From Antedon mediterranea (Eukaryota; Animalia; Echinodermata), in assembly GCF_964355755.1 (NCBI RefSeq), contig NC_092675.1, positions 26,756,912 to 26,820,911 of the forward strand: a stretch of DNA of 64,000 nt. Direction: 5' to 3'. This document shows, piece by piece, positions 11,701 through 26,700 of this stretch; position 1 is the stretch's first letter; every line of letters begins with the position of its first letter. The notes beneath the pieces are model-generated. The model saw nothing but the letters and a program-made list of their open reading frames with translations. It made no database searches and was not told where the DNA came from. The position numbers and the translations under genes were made by a program.

Positions 11701-14700
11701 ATAAATTTGACTAAACTGAAATATGAAAACTTACAGATGATGAACCTAATTTAATATGCGTATGATCAATCAATCGACACACAGGAGCCATTGGATAAGG
11801 ACTCATTGATGGGTCAAAGGTCGGCACCACAGTGTTCATTGTTGAGTCTCTTGATTCTAAATCATGGGACATTCCAATAAAAAATTTATCTGCAAAAAAA
11901 AAAAAAAAATAAGTTGTCTTGTCTACCTTAATCATTCCAACGATCATTGCTCATGGCAATTTGGACTTAGATGTTACACTTTTCAACTACATGCACCCCT
12001 AAGGGTCACATCATGTCAGTGCTGTCAATCCAAGTGTTCTCTCATCTGTCCGTCTAGTAATTATTAACCATTCTTAAAAAGGCCCTTTCATACTTGTTTA
12101 CAGTTTTTTCCCTTGTAAATTACAGTTGTCATCTTGATGAAAAGCCATGTAGAATCATGTATCTGTACACAGGTTAAACTAAGAGAACACCAACAATGTG
12201 TACATAATAGTTGATTTGTCTCTGAATAGAAGTTGGGCATAGTAGTATTTAAACAGATATTTTTCCTAATTTGTTTCACAAGAAACTGTGCCAAACTGTA
12301 TTTAGAATACTCTACATACTGTAGGAGATGTTCCCACTAGGCAACGTAAGTGATCTGACCAATCACAAGCGACGGGTTGTTTGAATTGTCGCTTGTTATT
12401 GGTCAGATCACTTGTGTTGCGTCTGTGTCCTTGTGTTCCGCCTCCAGAGGGAACCAAGCCTAAGAAGCTACAAAGCAGTATTTCTCAGTGACAACAACCA
12501 AAAGATGATAAAGTCAACAAAATTAAAGTGTATGATGGTCTTGCCATACAATGCTGTTTTATTGTACACTTACCGTTTCCTAACTCCACATGTTTCTTTA
12601 CTAGTTGCTTCAGCCAATGTATAACACGGCACCAAACATTGTCAAACACCTGTAATGTTATACCATTTTGTACTGAGCTATTTGGCGTGATTGGTGGGTA
12701 GCCCTCACGCCGCTTACGTACTAAATGTTGACTGCATACACCATCTTCATCTCTAAAATTATAACAATTTTATTACATGATATAGCTAAACACAAATGTC
12801 ATGTTATAAAGGTATATATATAGACTCAGTCATGAGAATGGATCCAATTAATGCATGGTGTATATGATATGAATCAACCAATGAAACTATGTTATAAATA
12901 TTATTTAATTCACATTTTAATATGAAAATATAAATTGAACAAGGACCTATCTCTATAAAGATGAGGCGCAGTTGATATTAACACATTTTAATTTCATACA
13001 TACCCTGCCCTGCAGTCATAGGCTAGGTACTCTTCCACAAGACCATCGGATTCAAATATCTCCTCTTCTAAATGTGGTAGATAAGTTCCTCTAAGCTCAG
13101 GACATATACTGATTGGTTCAATCTTTTGTCCAGTTACAACCAACCTAAAAATATTATACATTATCAAGTCAAGTCAAAAGTATCATTTATTGTCATTTTT
13201 TCTAAAAAGAAAAAAACATAGAAATTCTGTTTGCTCTGTTGGCGGAGCACAATATCCAACGGACACAACACGTACTCAAAACAAAAACATTACAAAAATG
13301 TCTACATGATTTTTAAGGCTCTAATAGCTCCTGGAAAGAAACTATTTGTAAATCGTGCCTTATTGGCCTTAATAGAACGAAATCGCTGACTGCTGCACAT
13401 CAACTGGAACATACTAGAGGCCAATAAATGTTGTTATTGTTCTTTTAATGTTTCCTCACACACTTTTCAATACATTTTTTATCACAAAAAATGATCTGAT
13501 GCTTGAATATACTCCCACCCCTCAGTTTAGGCCAAATTCAGACACTGGACTTTGGTATAAAATTCATTGTTAATGTAATCCGACTATAAGCTGGGACTAC
13601 ACTATGTCATATGGCAACATATTGTGGCAAAGAATACAGGTTACAGTATGTCTTTTAATAACTTACTCTTCTATTTCATTGACCCCAATATCTCCCTCGT
13701 TGTCCACAACGTCAAGCAATATGCTACCAGTTGCAGGCCGAGGGGCGTCAGCTGGTATAATTTCAAATCCGTCATCTAAAGGTGGTGTAAGCTGTTTCCC
13801 TAATACCCTGCAAATATTTAAAAAGTGAATTTATAACCAAAATTGTCATAACATTATTTTTTTAAATACATTTTTTTAATGACCTGGACTGCCAATATTT
13901 ATGTGATATATTATCATGAAATTAATGTTTGTTTTCCCAGAACTTCAACAATAAAACAGTAAAAGTGTTCTTTAAATAAATGAGGTCAAAAAAGTCATAT
14001 AGTTCATCCAACAAACACATTCCAGTAAGATCATCTGAAATTACATATTTTTTTATTTATAAAAAAGGTTAATAACCGATTTGTTCAAAATGACCTGGTT
14101 ACCTTAAATGTGGAAATCGTAAGTTCCACTGTTGACATTCAGTGTGTAACTGGGTTGTACTCTGACTCTTCTGACCTTCGTACAACAGCCTATCTATCTC
14201 CTCAAACAGTACCCTCACTGTCTTGGCTGCCTGCTTATCAAACTCCTACAACATAAAGATGAGCATGTTTACAGTTTTCAGAAATATCAAGTAGTCATAA
14301 TGGACACTTATTGAAATATAATGAGGCAGTGATAAGTAATATCTGGGAATTTCAGGAAAGAATTAAATCAAATATAACTTACAAACTACACTACTGTACA
14401 TTTATTTTACTACTGTTGAACTGATTTAAAGATCCTATACAATTGAATCTGTGAAATCAGATTTCTAAATTTCTTTCGTACACATGGATAAAAATTATAG
14501 AAGATGATAGGAAAAGAAAAATAAATAAAGTATATGCACACTTTGGCCAATAATCACTCTGATTGGAGAAGTCTTGTTAAATGCGCTATGTCACAAGACG
14601 TTTAGAATTCGTGATTTGGAAAGTCGAACCTTGGTTCCAACTTGGATGCAATGTAAGGATGTAAGCATGCTGCAAGTAATTTGACCAATCACGACACGGC

Positions 14701-17700
14701 AGATCATCCAAACTGTTGCTTGTAATTGGTCAACTCACTTGCATTGCACTATGCATTGCGTTACATCTTGAGAAACCAGTTTGTCCTTTCCCGCTTACTT
14801 ATTTTAAACTTGCATTATTAGAGAAATTCTTAATTATGGTCTGATAAAATGTTTTCTTTCCGAATATAGTTTTTTTTAAAAAGACTTTACTATTTTGCTA
14901 TTATGAAGTAATTTGTTGGGTCAAAAAGTAATTCAGATTGTTAAAAACCACTGACATTTTCAGATTTACTAACTAAAATCTGTCACCTGACACAGTGACA
15001 GGGGTGTTTCATAAATTTTGGATATATTCGAGTTGTAGCTCTCTTCTCGGAGAGAATAGGCAATGTGGGTTTATCCAGGTAAGCTAGGCACGAAATAGAC
15101 TACTATATTGAAATTAATTATAGCAAGTTGAGAAGCGCACTTATGGCTGTCAGGATGTATTGAATAATCGATAATTTAGGCGACAGTTGTGCAGTATATG
15201 ACATTTTAAATGAGAATTACTTGAAATTAGACTAATTAAAACTAATTATTAAAATGAAAGATGACATGACATGTAACAGATGATGGAAGACAAAGAATGC
15301 TTGATTATAATAATGACAGTGTAAAGATGAGCATTAAAAACAAAAGCCCAATTAGCATCTCCTTTTAAAATCTACAAACTGATTGTAATTAAACGACAGT
15401 GACTGAACAGAATTTGTTCGCGCAAATCCGATGTTTGCGCAGAGAAAAATCGAGCTACCATTTCCACGACATTAAGCCAATAGCCAATTTCATTTCCATC
15501 ACGTGTCTGCTATGTTTTTCGATTTGCATGAGTGCTAAAAGAACGCGTCAACTCATTTCCCGGGCTCTGATTGGTTGCACAATATTAAAGTAGAAACTGA
15601 TTTTGCTGAAACTACACACTGAAGAAAAAAAAATGATGGCAGAAAGGGATTTTTGAATTATATGAATATGCATGAAGGCTGATGATTCTGAATCGCATGC
15701 ATAAATTCAGCTAGTGGAAAACAGGTATAAAACTTAAAAGCAAAAAAAAATCTCTATAAAACTCTATTATTTAAATCATATTTTTGGATTATTTAAAATT
15801 GTGCGGTATTTTTTCAAGGATCAAAACATATTCTGTATACCAAACCTAAACTAATTCCTCAATGCCTATACTAAGCCTGATGTTATTGCCAGAGCATCAC
15901 CAAATAAGGGGCAAAATTCCTAGAATGTCAATCAATACATTAGTTGTTTATCCAAGCTGGTCAATTACCTTGACATGCATGTTCACATGTCTGTGCCCTC
16001 ATTAAACAAGGCCTCTTGAATTTCATGTTTCTGTCTATTTTCAGAGCAATTATTTTTCCAATTTAAAGTCTATTTAGTATTAAATTTTTAGGCAAAAAAT
16101 ATACAATTACAACTAACTGTATAAAATGCAATTGTATTGTATTACATTTGACGTAATAAATAAGTATATTAAATGATTTTTTAAAAAGGAATGCACATTT
16201 CTTTAATTAAATTTGTAAATTCTTGCAATAATATTAAAATTGAAAATTTTCATTTTCAACTGTAGCCCAGGCATATTTCCTAGTTTAAGAATGATAATTG
16301 CTTGCATCAGAAGACGATTAGAAAAGCTCAAGTGTCGGAGTTGACTTTGACCATTGATTATGGTTGGTAACTACCTACAGTACAGTATTTTCGATAATTG
16401 GCAAACCTGCAGGTACTGTGTACTGTACTTAAAAATATTATTTCAATATTAATTAAAGATAAACATTTATTGAAAAAATGTAAACTTTCCAAATTTAACA
16501 ATTTTTATAAAATTATGTTAATATACTCGCAATTTTTGATGTACATTTATTGCAAATTTTCAACTAAAAAGTGTAAAAATGTACTGTATATAATATTAAC
16601 CCTTCTTTTCAATAGTAGTAAGAGTATGTATCCTTAATCGTTGTTTATTACCTAGGGTATTGGACTAATGATAGTGGACAAATCCCATGGAGAATAAATT
16701 ATAAGAATCATATGCCACAAGGCACGGCTTCATACCGGCACCGGCCCAGCGTGACACCTGCGTATCATATGAATGCTGGTATTGTACACGATCCACGATT
16801 ACCTGTAATTGTTTAAGTGTTCAAACTAAGAAACGTTTGATTATTTGTGCCGATCACCTGCATTTGACTTATAGTACTCGGTCGGTCAATGTGTGCATTA
16901 TCCAATTTTATCCCAAATGTAAATTGCTATAATTTCGAAGTACTGTAGTTTGTCAATTTGGGGATAGACATATTAATCAATAGTTATTTTTACCCAGCGA
17001 TTTTAATCCGAGTTTCAGTGAGAAAATTTGTACTAAACAAAATTGAATTATTTCGGTTAGCTCGACGTTTATTTAGTATTTAATTTAAAGAAAACAGCTT
17101 TATTAAAATATCTTGTTTTCAAACTTGGTGGTCTTTATTGTCTTTCTACACTATCAACCTTCATGAGATTAAAAATGCGATTTTCCCATATGGACATGAT
17201 GATGTCATAGCACTACCATATTTGGGCAGATCACACTTTTTTTTGTTAAACACAGTAGTTTGACAATGTAGGCAGAGCTTAAGATAAGAAATACCTGAAC
17301 CTCATTTAACCTTTTGAAATTACACACAGTAATGAGTATCACAAACTTTAAACAATACTTAATGAATTAGAGACAATTTGTTGCCGATATTAAAAAGAAC
17401 TCAAATTTCAAATGTTGCATCTCAGTTTGATTAACATTAACCGAATAATGATCATAATTCCATTTATTACTTGTTACCATGACAACAATTGTCATAGCAA
17501 TGATTAACAATACAAAAACCGACAATACAGTAATATCATTAAATGATTAATATAATTCTAATAATAATATATTGTATAATACCCGGTGCAGAGTTACCGA
17601 TCAATTTATATGATAACTGAAAACAAATAGAATAGTGGAGAAATGCAAATATAAAAATAAAGTAAATTTATGGTAGAAAGAAAAAATACCACTGTACATA

Positions 17701-20700
17701 TAACAGAGTACATTAGCTAGAGTAGAATGACAACTGGGGGGACCTAAAGTAAGTGCACTATTTATAGGGTTGTCTCCTGTAGATGTTTTACTGTCTGTAC
17801 TATTGGAATAGACTTCACCATCTTTTGCCAAAAGAGCGTAAATTTAGATACAATTTAAGACGAGTTAAAGAATTTTGCATTCCAAAAATAAAAACGAAAC
17901 GATAAAAAAATGTCATTTTAAACTTTGGTCTTTTTCATAAGTGGTTGGCATAGTATCCTTTGATGTACAGTATTGTTTTCTGTAGTAGTATAATTATATA
18001 TTTATATATATTGTATAATATAATTCAACTAATGAAAGTTGCAAAAAAAGTATTTTATCATTATGTTACATTATGATACTAATCATGTATGTAAATAGTT
18101 CCTTGAACCTAACCCCAAAAACTTAAAGCCCCATTCCCTACGTTTTTTAGATCTAATTTAAGATCACAAACTATATTTAATTTAAAAATAATACTATATG
18201 GTCCTATTGCGATAACTTTTTTCGTCTTTAAACGGTTAAAAATGTGAAAAATAAGTCGATTCTAATAATTATAGCGGCCCGCTATAAATCCCAAAATGCA
18301 TTGCGCGCGGATTGATATTTTTGTTTTTCACCTGTAATTCGCCCACTTTTCGATCGATCGTGAGGCCAAAACAAATGAAAGACTCCTAACTTTTCAGCGA
18401 AAATACCGGGTTTTCCCCAATTTGTATCAACGGAGTCTGGCAAAAATAGAAAGACAATTAATGCAGCAACTATACAACGTCAGGCTAGGTATATAGCTCG
18501 CGTACGATGTTCGTACGTTACCGATGTTTACCAGCTAGGCCTACAAAACTAAGCCTAGCTAGGCTAGGCCTAAGACCGTCCACGAGAGGTCGATCGCCGC
18601 GAGCTACTTAGGTAGTGCATTGTTTCTCACTTTTTATCATAATTTACCATAAAACGTACATTTAAGACAAGAAATGACATGGTTTAATGTTTTTAAAGTG
18701 ATATATGTATTATTTTCCAAAAAACGTCCAAAATTGCAGGGAAGGGGTCTTTAACTCTACTTCTCAATAAATCTCAGTTAAAAGAAAAATGTGGTAAACT
18801 ATAAAATGTTGCAATTCTAGCTTTAATTTGTTATTGATTTTCTGAAATATTAAAATCAAATGGAATTAACTATTGACTAAAAAAAATCAAAGCATCTCAT
18901 TTAATAACAATCACAATTTTTTCTTCTTCATCAGAATACCAGATTGGTCGGAAGATAACTGTAATATATATGCTAAATATATTGCTAAATAGCAATCATA
19001 TCGATATTTTTAATGATAGACTTGGTTATTTTAAGAGGACGATGATGTGTTCACTTCTTGAACAGTCTGCATAACCTGTTTTAATTGAAATTTTTTATGG
19101 CATGCCAATCTATGTTTTTTATATATATATATATATTTTTTCTGTATTTTATTGTTAACCGTTTTTGATGTTGTATTGTTTTATGTTTCAAACCTGTTAG
19201 TGGCGGTATTTATCGCTGTTGGTTTTGATTGAATAAAATAAAATAAAATAAAATATAGACCAACCAACATAATATTTAAGCTAATCATCTTCTAAAAAAT
19301 CTTTCAAACTATAGGCCTACTGTGTAATAAGTTTATGTTGCTTTGTTCAGTATATTGTCAGCTACAATTTACATCAATCTCTTTTAATAATACTCTACAC
19401 TGTGCTGCTCAATAATCCTTAGTTTAATCAACAATTACCCAGCAAAAAGAACGCAGAAATGCACTTAAATGTTCAGTTAATATTAACATTATAAATTAAG
19501 TCTTGCCAGTGTAATTACATTATTTCTCAGATCACTGTCTCTTGTTCTTTAGGAAACATTGTTATGATTTCACATTTGATTTAATGTATTTTTTTAAATT
19601 TATTGATGGTGGAGAGGCACGTATCAATAATATGAAATTTAGTTTTAAAAGATGTAAAATTTAATATCAATTAATGTTTATTATACACAATTCTTGATAT
19701 TTCTTTTATGAATATTTAATTCTATACTTATTCTCTGTGAAAGATATTTCTGTATCGTGTACGTATTCATGTTCAGAATTCAAACACTATCTCAAACCAT
19801 ACATTGGTCTTGATTCGTCATTCCAGTGACGCATAGTGACCACGCAGATGTGTAGTGACCGCGCAATTTTCCGACCGCGCAGAGCTACTAAAACTTAAAT
19901 GCCTGCTTTCCTCTCAATGTAATTGTTAGGTTAAGTAGAGTTTTAAAATCATTGAAAATGATATGTATGTAATGATAAAGTTGCATTTTTTCAAGGCCTA
20001 CTGTAGAATGTATTCTTTTGAATGTACAGAATAGTTGTAAAGTATTGTATAGGATTCAGTCTTGGCCTATTAAGCTAGTATACTGTCATGTCACACCACC
20101 ACTACAGGTAAGATTGAATGAGATATTTGTATGTTTAAAGAACTGCTCTCACCACTTCACTAGTATATGGAGGCAGGCTCATTGAGATGAGAATCTGAAT
20201 GCAGGCATATTAAAGCAAATAACTATACTATAATTACTGTATATAAGAAATTCACACCAAATTTAAAATTTACTTACATCGTATTCCCAGGAGAAGAGAC
20301 TGCTTCTTGCTGAGGAGACCTCTGATGTCCAACCAGTTGACGAATCAAGGTTGGTATTAATGTTCAGCTCACCAGTCATTGTTGGTGAGGACCTGCCACT
20401 AGTCATGGGACTGACATAGTTAGAGATGGCCTCCTTCATGTTCTGAAGGTACTGAATCGGAAGCGTATCATTGGGTTTCTCCGGTAAGGGGTGATTTTCT
20501 GTCCTGGAAGAAATACCCCTCCTAAAAAGAATAAAATAAAAGTAGTATTAACGTTACATTTATTGAAGTTATCTTAAAGGTTTCTACCTAATTGTATGAT
20601 GCAATATAAATATCAAAATTGTTCTATAATCAAAAATTCATTAATGGTTATTCCAAATTAATTATAACATTTAAAGCATAAAATAAAGGACAAAATTAAC

Positions 20701-23700
20701 AAACAACCTTAGTATCCCTGGGTGACTATAAAATTTATAATGGTGTAATTAAAAAACTTATTGCTTTGTACAGCGTAACAGCGGTGCTATAAAATTCAAT
20801 AATCATTTGCATGACGTACTGTATAAAGAAAATATTAAATCTATATTAAACGAATAATAATAGATTCGTGTACTTTACGATTACCGGTATTTAAATATTA
20901 AAAATAGCCAAGGACTTGAAGAACTATTGAAAAAGAGAATTTAAATGTTAAGCGAGGATAGGAGAGACTTGAAATAATAAATTGTAACCCATGGAAGTTA
21001 CTTTAAAGTTACAAAGATTTCTTTGTTTGTGATGACAGATGGGATAAAATGAAAACAATACCAGTAGTGTTGGTCTACTGGAAAAAATGAAATCTATAAA
21101 CAGATATGAAAATATTTACACTATTCCTAAAAAAGTAGGGGATCATCAGCCGGTGTGCTAATCTGGGTGGTGCACTGTTTACTGCTATGGGTCTGTAGTT
21201 AAGCTGGAGGATAATAATAATACATTACATCCTTTATATTCTGTGCATTGTATGCTTAATGTGTTTTTAAGTCACTGAGCCGTCACATATATTCTGACTT
21301 GCAACATGACTGTGATACTATAACATGTTGAGTGTACTACGAAATGTCCATAAAGTAATTTCTATGGAAGTTTGGCCCAGTTACGGATGTACAGTATAGA
21401 AATAAGTGATAAATACCATGAAAATACACAAACAACATGTACAGTACTTAGATTTAGAAGTCATTCTTAAAAACATGAAATATCATGCATATAATGACGC
21501 GACACGTAAAAACTACTGACGCGAGTGTCAAAACACCAAGCAAAATGATAACATCATCAAAATCAGTAAACCTTTTGTTTAAATAACATGACGTGTGACT
21601 ACACAACCATGGAATCGAAAAATTGTTGTGCCCATGCATGCCATACCGCAGAGGCAAGCGTATAATGACTGACGCAACGCATGCAAACTGCTAAAAAATA
21701 AAATATACTTTTTTAAGATAGAAATTTTATATTGAAATTATTTATAGTTGAGAACCGTGAATGTCTTACCCAACTACCATCAACGAGGTAGCATCATCTG
21801 CATCAGTCTTCAAGATAACTCTTGGTAGAGTAATATAATGGATGTACATATCCAAACTCATCCCGACCAATGTACCATCTTATCAAAAACATACATTTTT
21901 TCCAACTGAAGAGCCTAGAGGCCTCCTCACCGCCTCAGCCTACCAAAGCAGAACTAAACAACTGATAAGTTTCCCTGTACAAAAGCTACCAAGACATGTG
22001 CTTGCAATTAAAAAATCAAGGCCTAGCTACAATCAACTTGTGTACCCTGCAGTGTCATCACATATAGCATTTGCTATTAACATTCTCATAGCAGAAAGAA
22101 GATTTGATTGGTCAGATTTCTTGACAAGACAAGATACTATGTAGGACATCAGATCTATTGATTGGATGATATATGATATTCACATTAGTACAGCAGAGTA
22201 CATCATAGATTGTAATTTGCATATTGTCTCCTGAACAATTATCCATACTTCATATCTTTTGAATAGGAGAATACTCTTATGTGATTATACAAGATGTGAT
22301 TACAGATGTTTTTTGAAGATAAAAATTAGTACAATTAACATTTAGGGCATTCATTTGAAAATAATAATTGGCATTGTAAAACAATACTCACTGTGTACAG
22401 TATATTACAAAAAAATAAATATATTATCACTCGGGGTACCCGAGTCTAGGACTCTCATCTCAGGCCTCGAATTTTACCGCGGCCACCGCCGTCGGTGCCC
22501 TCCCAGTTGGCCTCAATGCCCTCGAAAATTAATAGCACCCACGGCCACTACTGGCCTGCCCTTTTTTTTGCGTTGGCCGTGAGTGCCCTTCCCGAGTTCT
22601 ACCACAATAAAAACCACTGAAGTAGATAGAAAATAATGTCAAGAATATCGGACGAGACGCAAAACTATCGCCTGTCTTCGTTGTAAAGAGGATTTCCCTA
22701 AAAAACGCATTTACTTAGAGAAAACATCGAACATATTTATATAACCAAAACAATATCGTCCCGGCCGCCGTGCGTGGTAAATAATGGTATAGATAGTACA
22801 TTAAAATACAGTGGTGTACACTTTTAATAATAAAGCTAAAAACGTTCCTCGATCGGAGGTCACTGAAAGTATTAAAGTCGCACCACCCCCGCCTCAATAA
22901 TCGAGCTAGCCGCCTTCGTTGAAAAAAAAATTACACGCACTCCTACCTAGCCTAGCCTATCCTCCCGCCGCCGAACCGATCAAGCACACGCGATTCAATA
23001 CATTGGGAAAACAATTCCCTTTGACGCACACGCACCCTCTGATAAGAAATTTCACACGAAGAGGATCGGTCGTTGGAAAAACAATTCCTTTTGACGTACA
23101 CGCACCCTCTGATATGAAAATACCATGTGCGTTCCTCCTGCATGGTGTAGTCCATTCCATTACATACGTGTAAAATTAGGGGTGTCAACTTTTAGTACTA
23201 AAGTTAAACCGGTACCTCAACCCGAAGATTGTTGGAAGTATATTATATTTATATTTTATCGCACCCACCTCAATAATCCAGCCGATAGATCATCGAAAAA
23301 TCTTGTTAACGACGTCGTACACTAAATTAACAAACGCGTTTTTACCGAACTCAAGGAAATGGTATAGTCCACAATACACGTGCAGAAGCCTAAACAGAGA
23401 GAGAGGGGTCGGCGTCCGTCCGTGTTTTGAATTCTATGAATATGGATTATACTAACAAAAAAGCTTCAGAAATCGAAACTCGGAAAATAACAATAATTTA
23501 TATTCTACAACATAATGTCATTGGCTTGATTTTTACCGTGGTTAACACTCTGTGTATGAATAGTTGTAGGCCTACAAACAAATTGTTTTTGTAACCTGTG
23601 TTCTCTGTCCGCTGCGCCTTAGTGTATGGTCTTTAGCTGTTGGGCCTGGCTTCACATGCCTTTTTTTTATCGCATTGTTTGAAACTAAACGAAACAACTG

Positions 23701-26700
23701 TGAACGCTAAACATCGTACCTTAATAATTATTATTTATATGGATCGTAAATACACGTAATATTTATATATAATGAAATACAAAAAGATGTAGACAGTCCT
23801 CTCCTACTACTACTACGCAATCTGATGAATAGGGGAAATTCCCCCAAAAATGTTTGCGGGTAGAATTTTTTTTTTTTTTTTTAAATTCCACCCGGGCGCT
23901 CAACCGGAAACAAGCTATTTTTTAATTTTGGCCTAGTTATTAAAATATTTTTTAATTTTGGCCTTGGTGCCCCTTCGATTTAAAACAAATGGCCTTGGTG
24001 CCCTCCCATTTGGCCTTGGTGCCCCTCAAATCAACGAAAACCGGAGGCCAAATGGCCTTGCCCCTAAAATCCCCAAATTCGAGGCCTGTCATCTTCTCCT
24101 CCATCCGACACTACATCATTACAGCTTTTTTTGCAGTACCCCCGAGTATCGCACATTCATGCTTGTTTTTTCTAGGTGTTTTCAATACTTTATGAAATAA
24201 CATTAAACGAACTATGTAATAAACAATTAGAAAAACCATTGATAAATGTTAAGATTTTTATAACTACAGTATGTTGCCATCTCAAAATTCTATTTTGTAT
24301 TCATGAATTTTAACTCTTACGAAAATGTATGTAATTTTGATGTTTTAATTTTTGAGTTAATTTCTGTGGGGAGAGGGCTAATGTTGTATTGCTAAGACTA
24401 AGAGAAATAACCTAAAAAAAGTTGAATGAATAAATAAATTTGCATTCTATAAGAACACTCAGGATACAAAAATATTATTCTATAAAAAAAATGTTTTTTA
24501 GCCACATAAAACACTGATATCTGACCAATTTGATCAGTCGAGTTTGCCGATTACAAGTGTGCCAACTATGTGTGACACTGACAGTGACTGAGTACTGTAT
24601 GTGAAAAAAAAGTGTATTTAAACACAATACTCAAAATCGTTTACACTAAACTACTGTAAACCCAAAACCTCAAATTAAATTAACAATAACATACAAGTTT
24701 GCTATAGTAACTGAAAACCAATAATGGTTATGTCTAACACCATCAATTTAATAATTTAGTAATATAACCGGGAATATAACACGTTTGTATTAAAGAAACC
24801 TATCATGATACACTGTTATAAACATGACTGACAGCTCTCTAAATTTTTTTCCATGTTTTTTTGATAGAAAATGTCCAATTAAATTGGCAAAAATGTTTAA
24901 CGTAAACTTTTAAAACATACCATACACTGTAGTTTGTACACTAAATGCACTAATTTGTTGATCTAAAAATGTTCATACCTAATTATTTAAGACTGTTTTG
25001 TTTAATAGTGTATACAGTTGAGTGATTGTATTAATGGTTTCAAATGCTGTAGGTAGAAATACTAGGATAAATATTAAGCTAATATAGATACTATATAGAT
25101 ATTATCAAAGACCTTGTTCACACACTGGACCTGAAAGATGGTAAATTTACATTGTTTACACATTGTAATTTTATGCGGTTAGTTTTACTCAAAATTAACT
25201 GCGGGTAAACACTATTTAGTATTAAAACATTATTAAATTACCTTTAAGGCTGTTCGTTTCAAATGTATTTTAATACATTAAATACGTATGTAACATGGTA
25301 TTGCCAGTGGAAATTAAAAAAGAAAGAATTTTGAATGTTTAGAAGCATATCACAATTACAAAAAGTCCCTTGTAAACCTAGTAGAAAGGTACTTTATACA
25401 TTCAATATATGATAATTATTGACGACATAATCCTTGACCTGAAAATCAGAATGAGATTAAATTGTGTTTTAACAAACAGGTAATAGAGAACCTGTGTAAC
25501 TAATACCAAATTCATTATTTTTAAAAACACATTGGAATCATAGATCCTGACCTATGCAAGTCTTAAATTCCACCCAAGTCTAATTAACATAAGTTACTTA
25601 AACCTATTGCCATGGCAAATCAAAACAAACTTAACTTTGGCGCAAACAAATACAGTAAATGATATTTTTGCAAAATTTGGTGTTTTCTAAAAAAGAAATA
25701 TTTTAGAAAACAATTCATAGGGTTTATAGACCCTATCATGAATAAATAATAAAGTACAGTAAGCTGTCCAAAAATGGCAAAACAAAACATTGCTATTATT
25801 AAATTTCAGTATATACCTGTATTAAAGATAACTTGGACTTTTAAATAAACCACAATAGGGTCATTCCATCTCAGATCACCCAATGAGTTAAACCCTACCT
25901 CTTCCAATTTTGATGAAATTTGGTATATGGGTGATTCATAGCAATTAAAGCGAAAATTTCAAATTTTAACTTTATCGTACCAACGGTTTTCGAGATATAG
26001 CAATTTAAATTTTCGGTTTTTACGCAAAAAAGGGCGCGTCCGCCACGTTTCAAAGAGCTGTATCTCGGGAACTATAGGTTCGATTTTAAAAACAAAGGCA
26101 TTTTTGTAAAGGGGAGACCATAAGGAACCTAAATATACTAATTGTGTGTGTTTTATGTTAATTTTAAGTTGAATAAAACTTTGACATATATTTTGACCTT
26201 GAAATTGACCCCGTGGAACACGCCCGATTTGTTGATGACCATCACGAAAAATGTAGCCCTACGTGTCAACTACAACATATAAAAAAATTGGAGGGGTTTT
26301 TTTTCTTTGTTTCCATGAAATTACAATTTGAAGTTGACATACCTCTTCCTTTTGAGGGTTTCTTTTCTGCGAGTTGCGAGTTGCGAGTTGGAAAATGCGA
26401 GTTGCGAGTTGGAAAATGCGAGTTGCGAGTTGGAAAATGCGAGTTGCGGGTCGGAAAGTGCGAGTTGCGGGTCGGAAAATGCGAGTTGCGAGTGGCAAAG
26501 TGCGAGTTGCGAGTCGGAAAATGCGAGTTGCGGGTCGGAAAATGCGAGTTGCGGGTCGGAAAATGCGAGTTGCGAGTCGGAAAATGCGAGTTGCGGGTCG
26601 GAAAGTGCGAGTTGCGGGTCGGAAAATGCGAGTTGCGGGTCGGAAAATGCGAGTTGCGAGTCAGAAAATGCGAGTTGCGGGTCGGAAAATGCGAGTTGCG

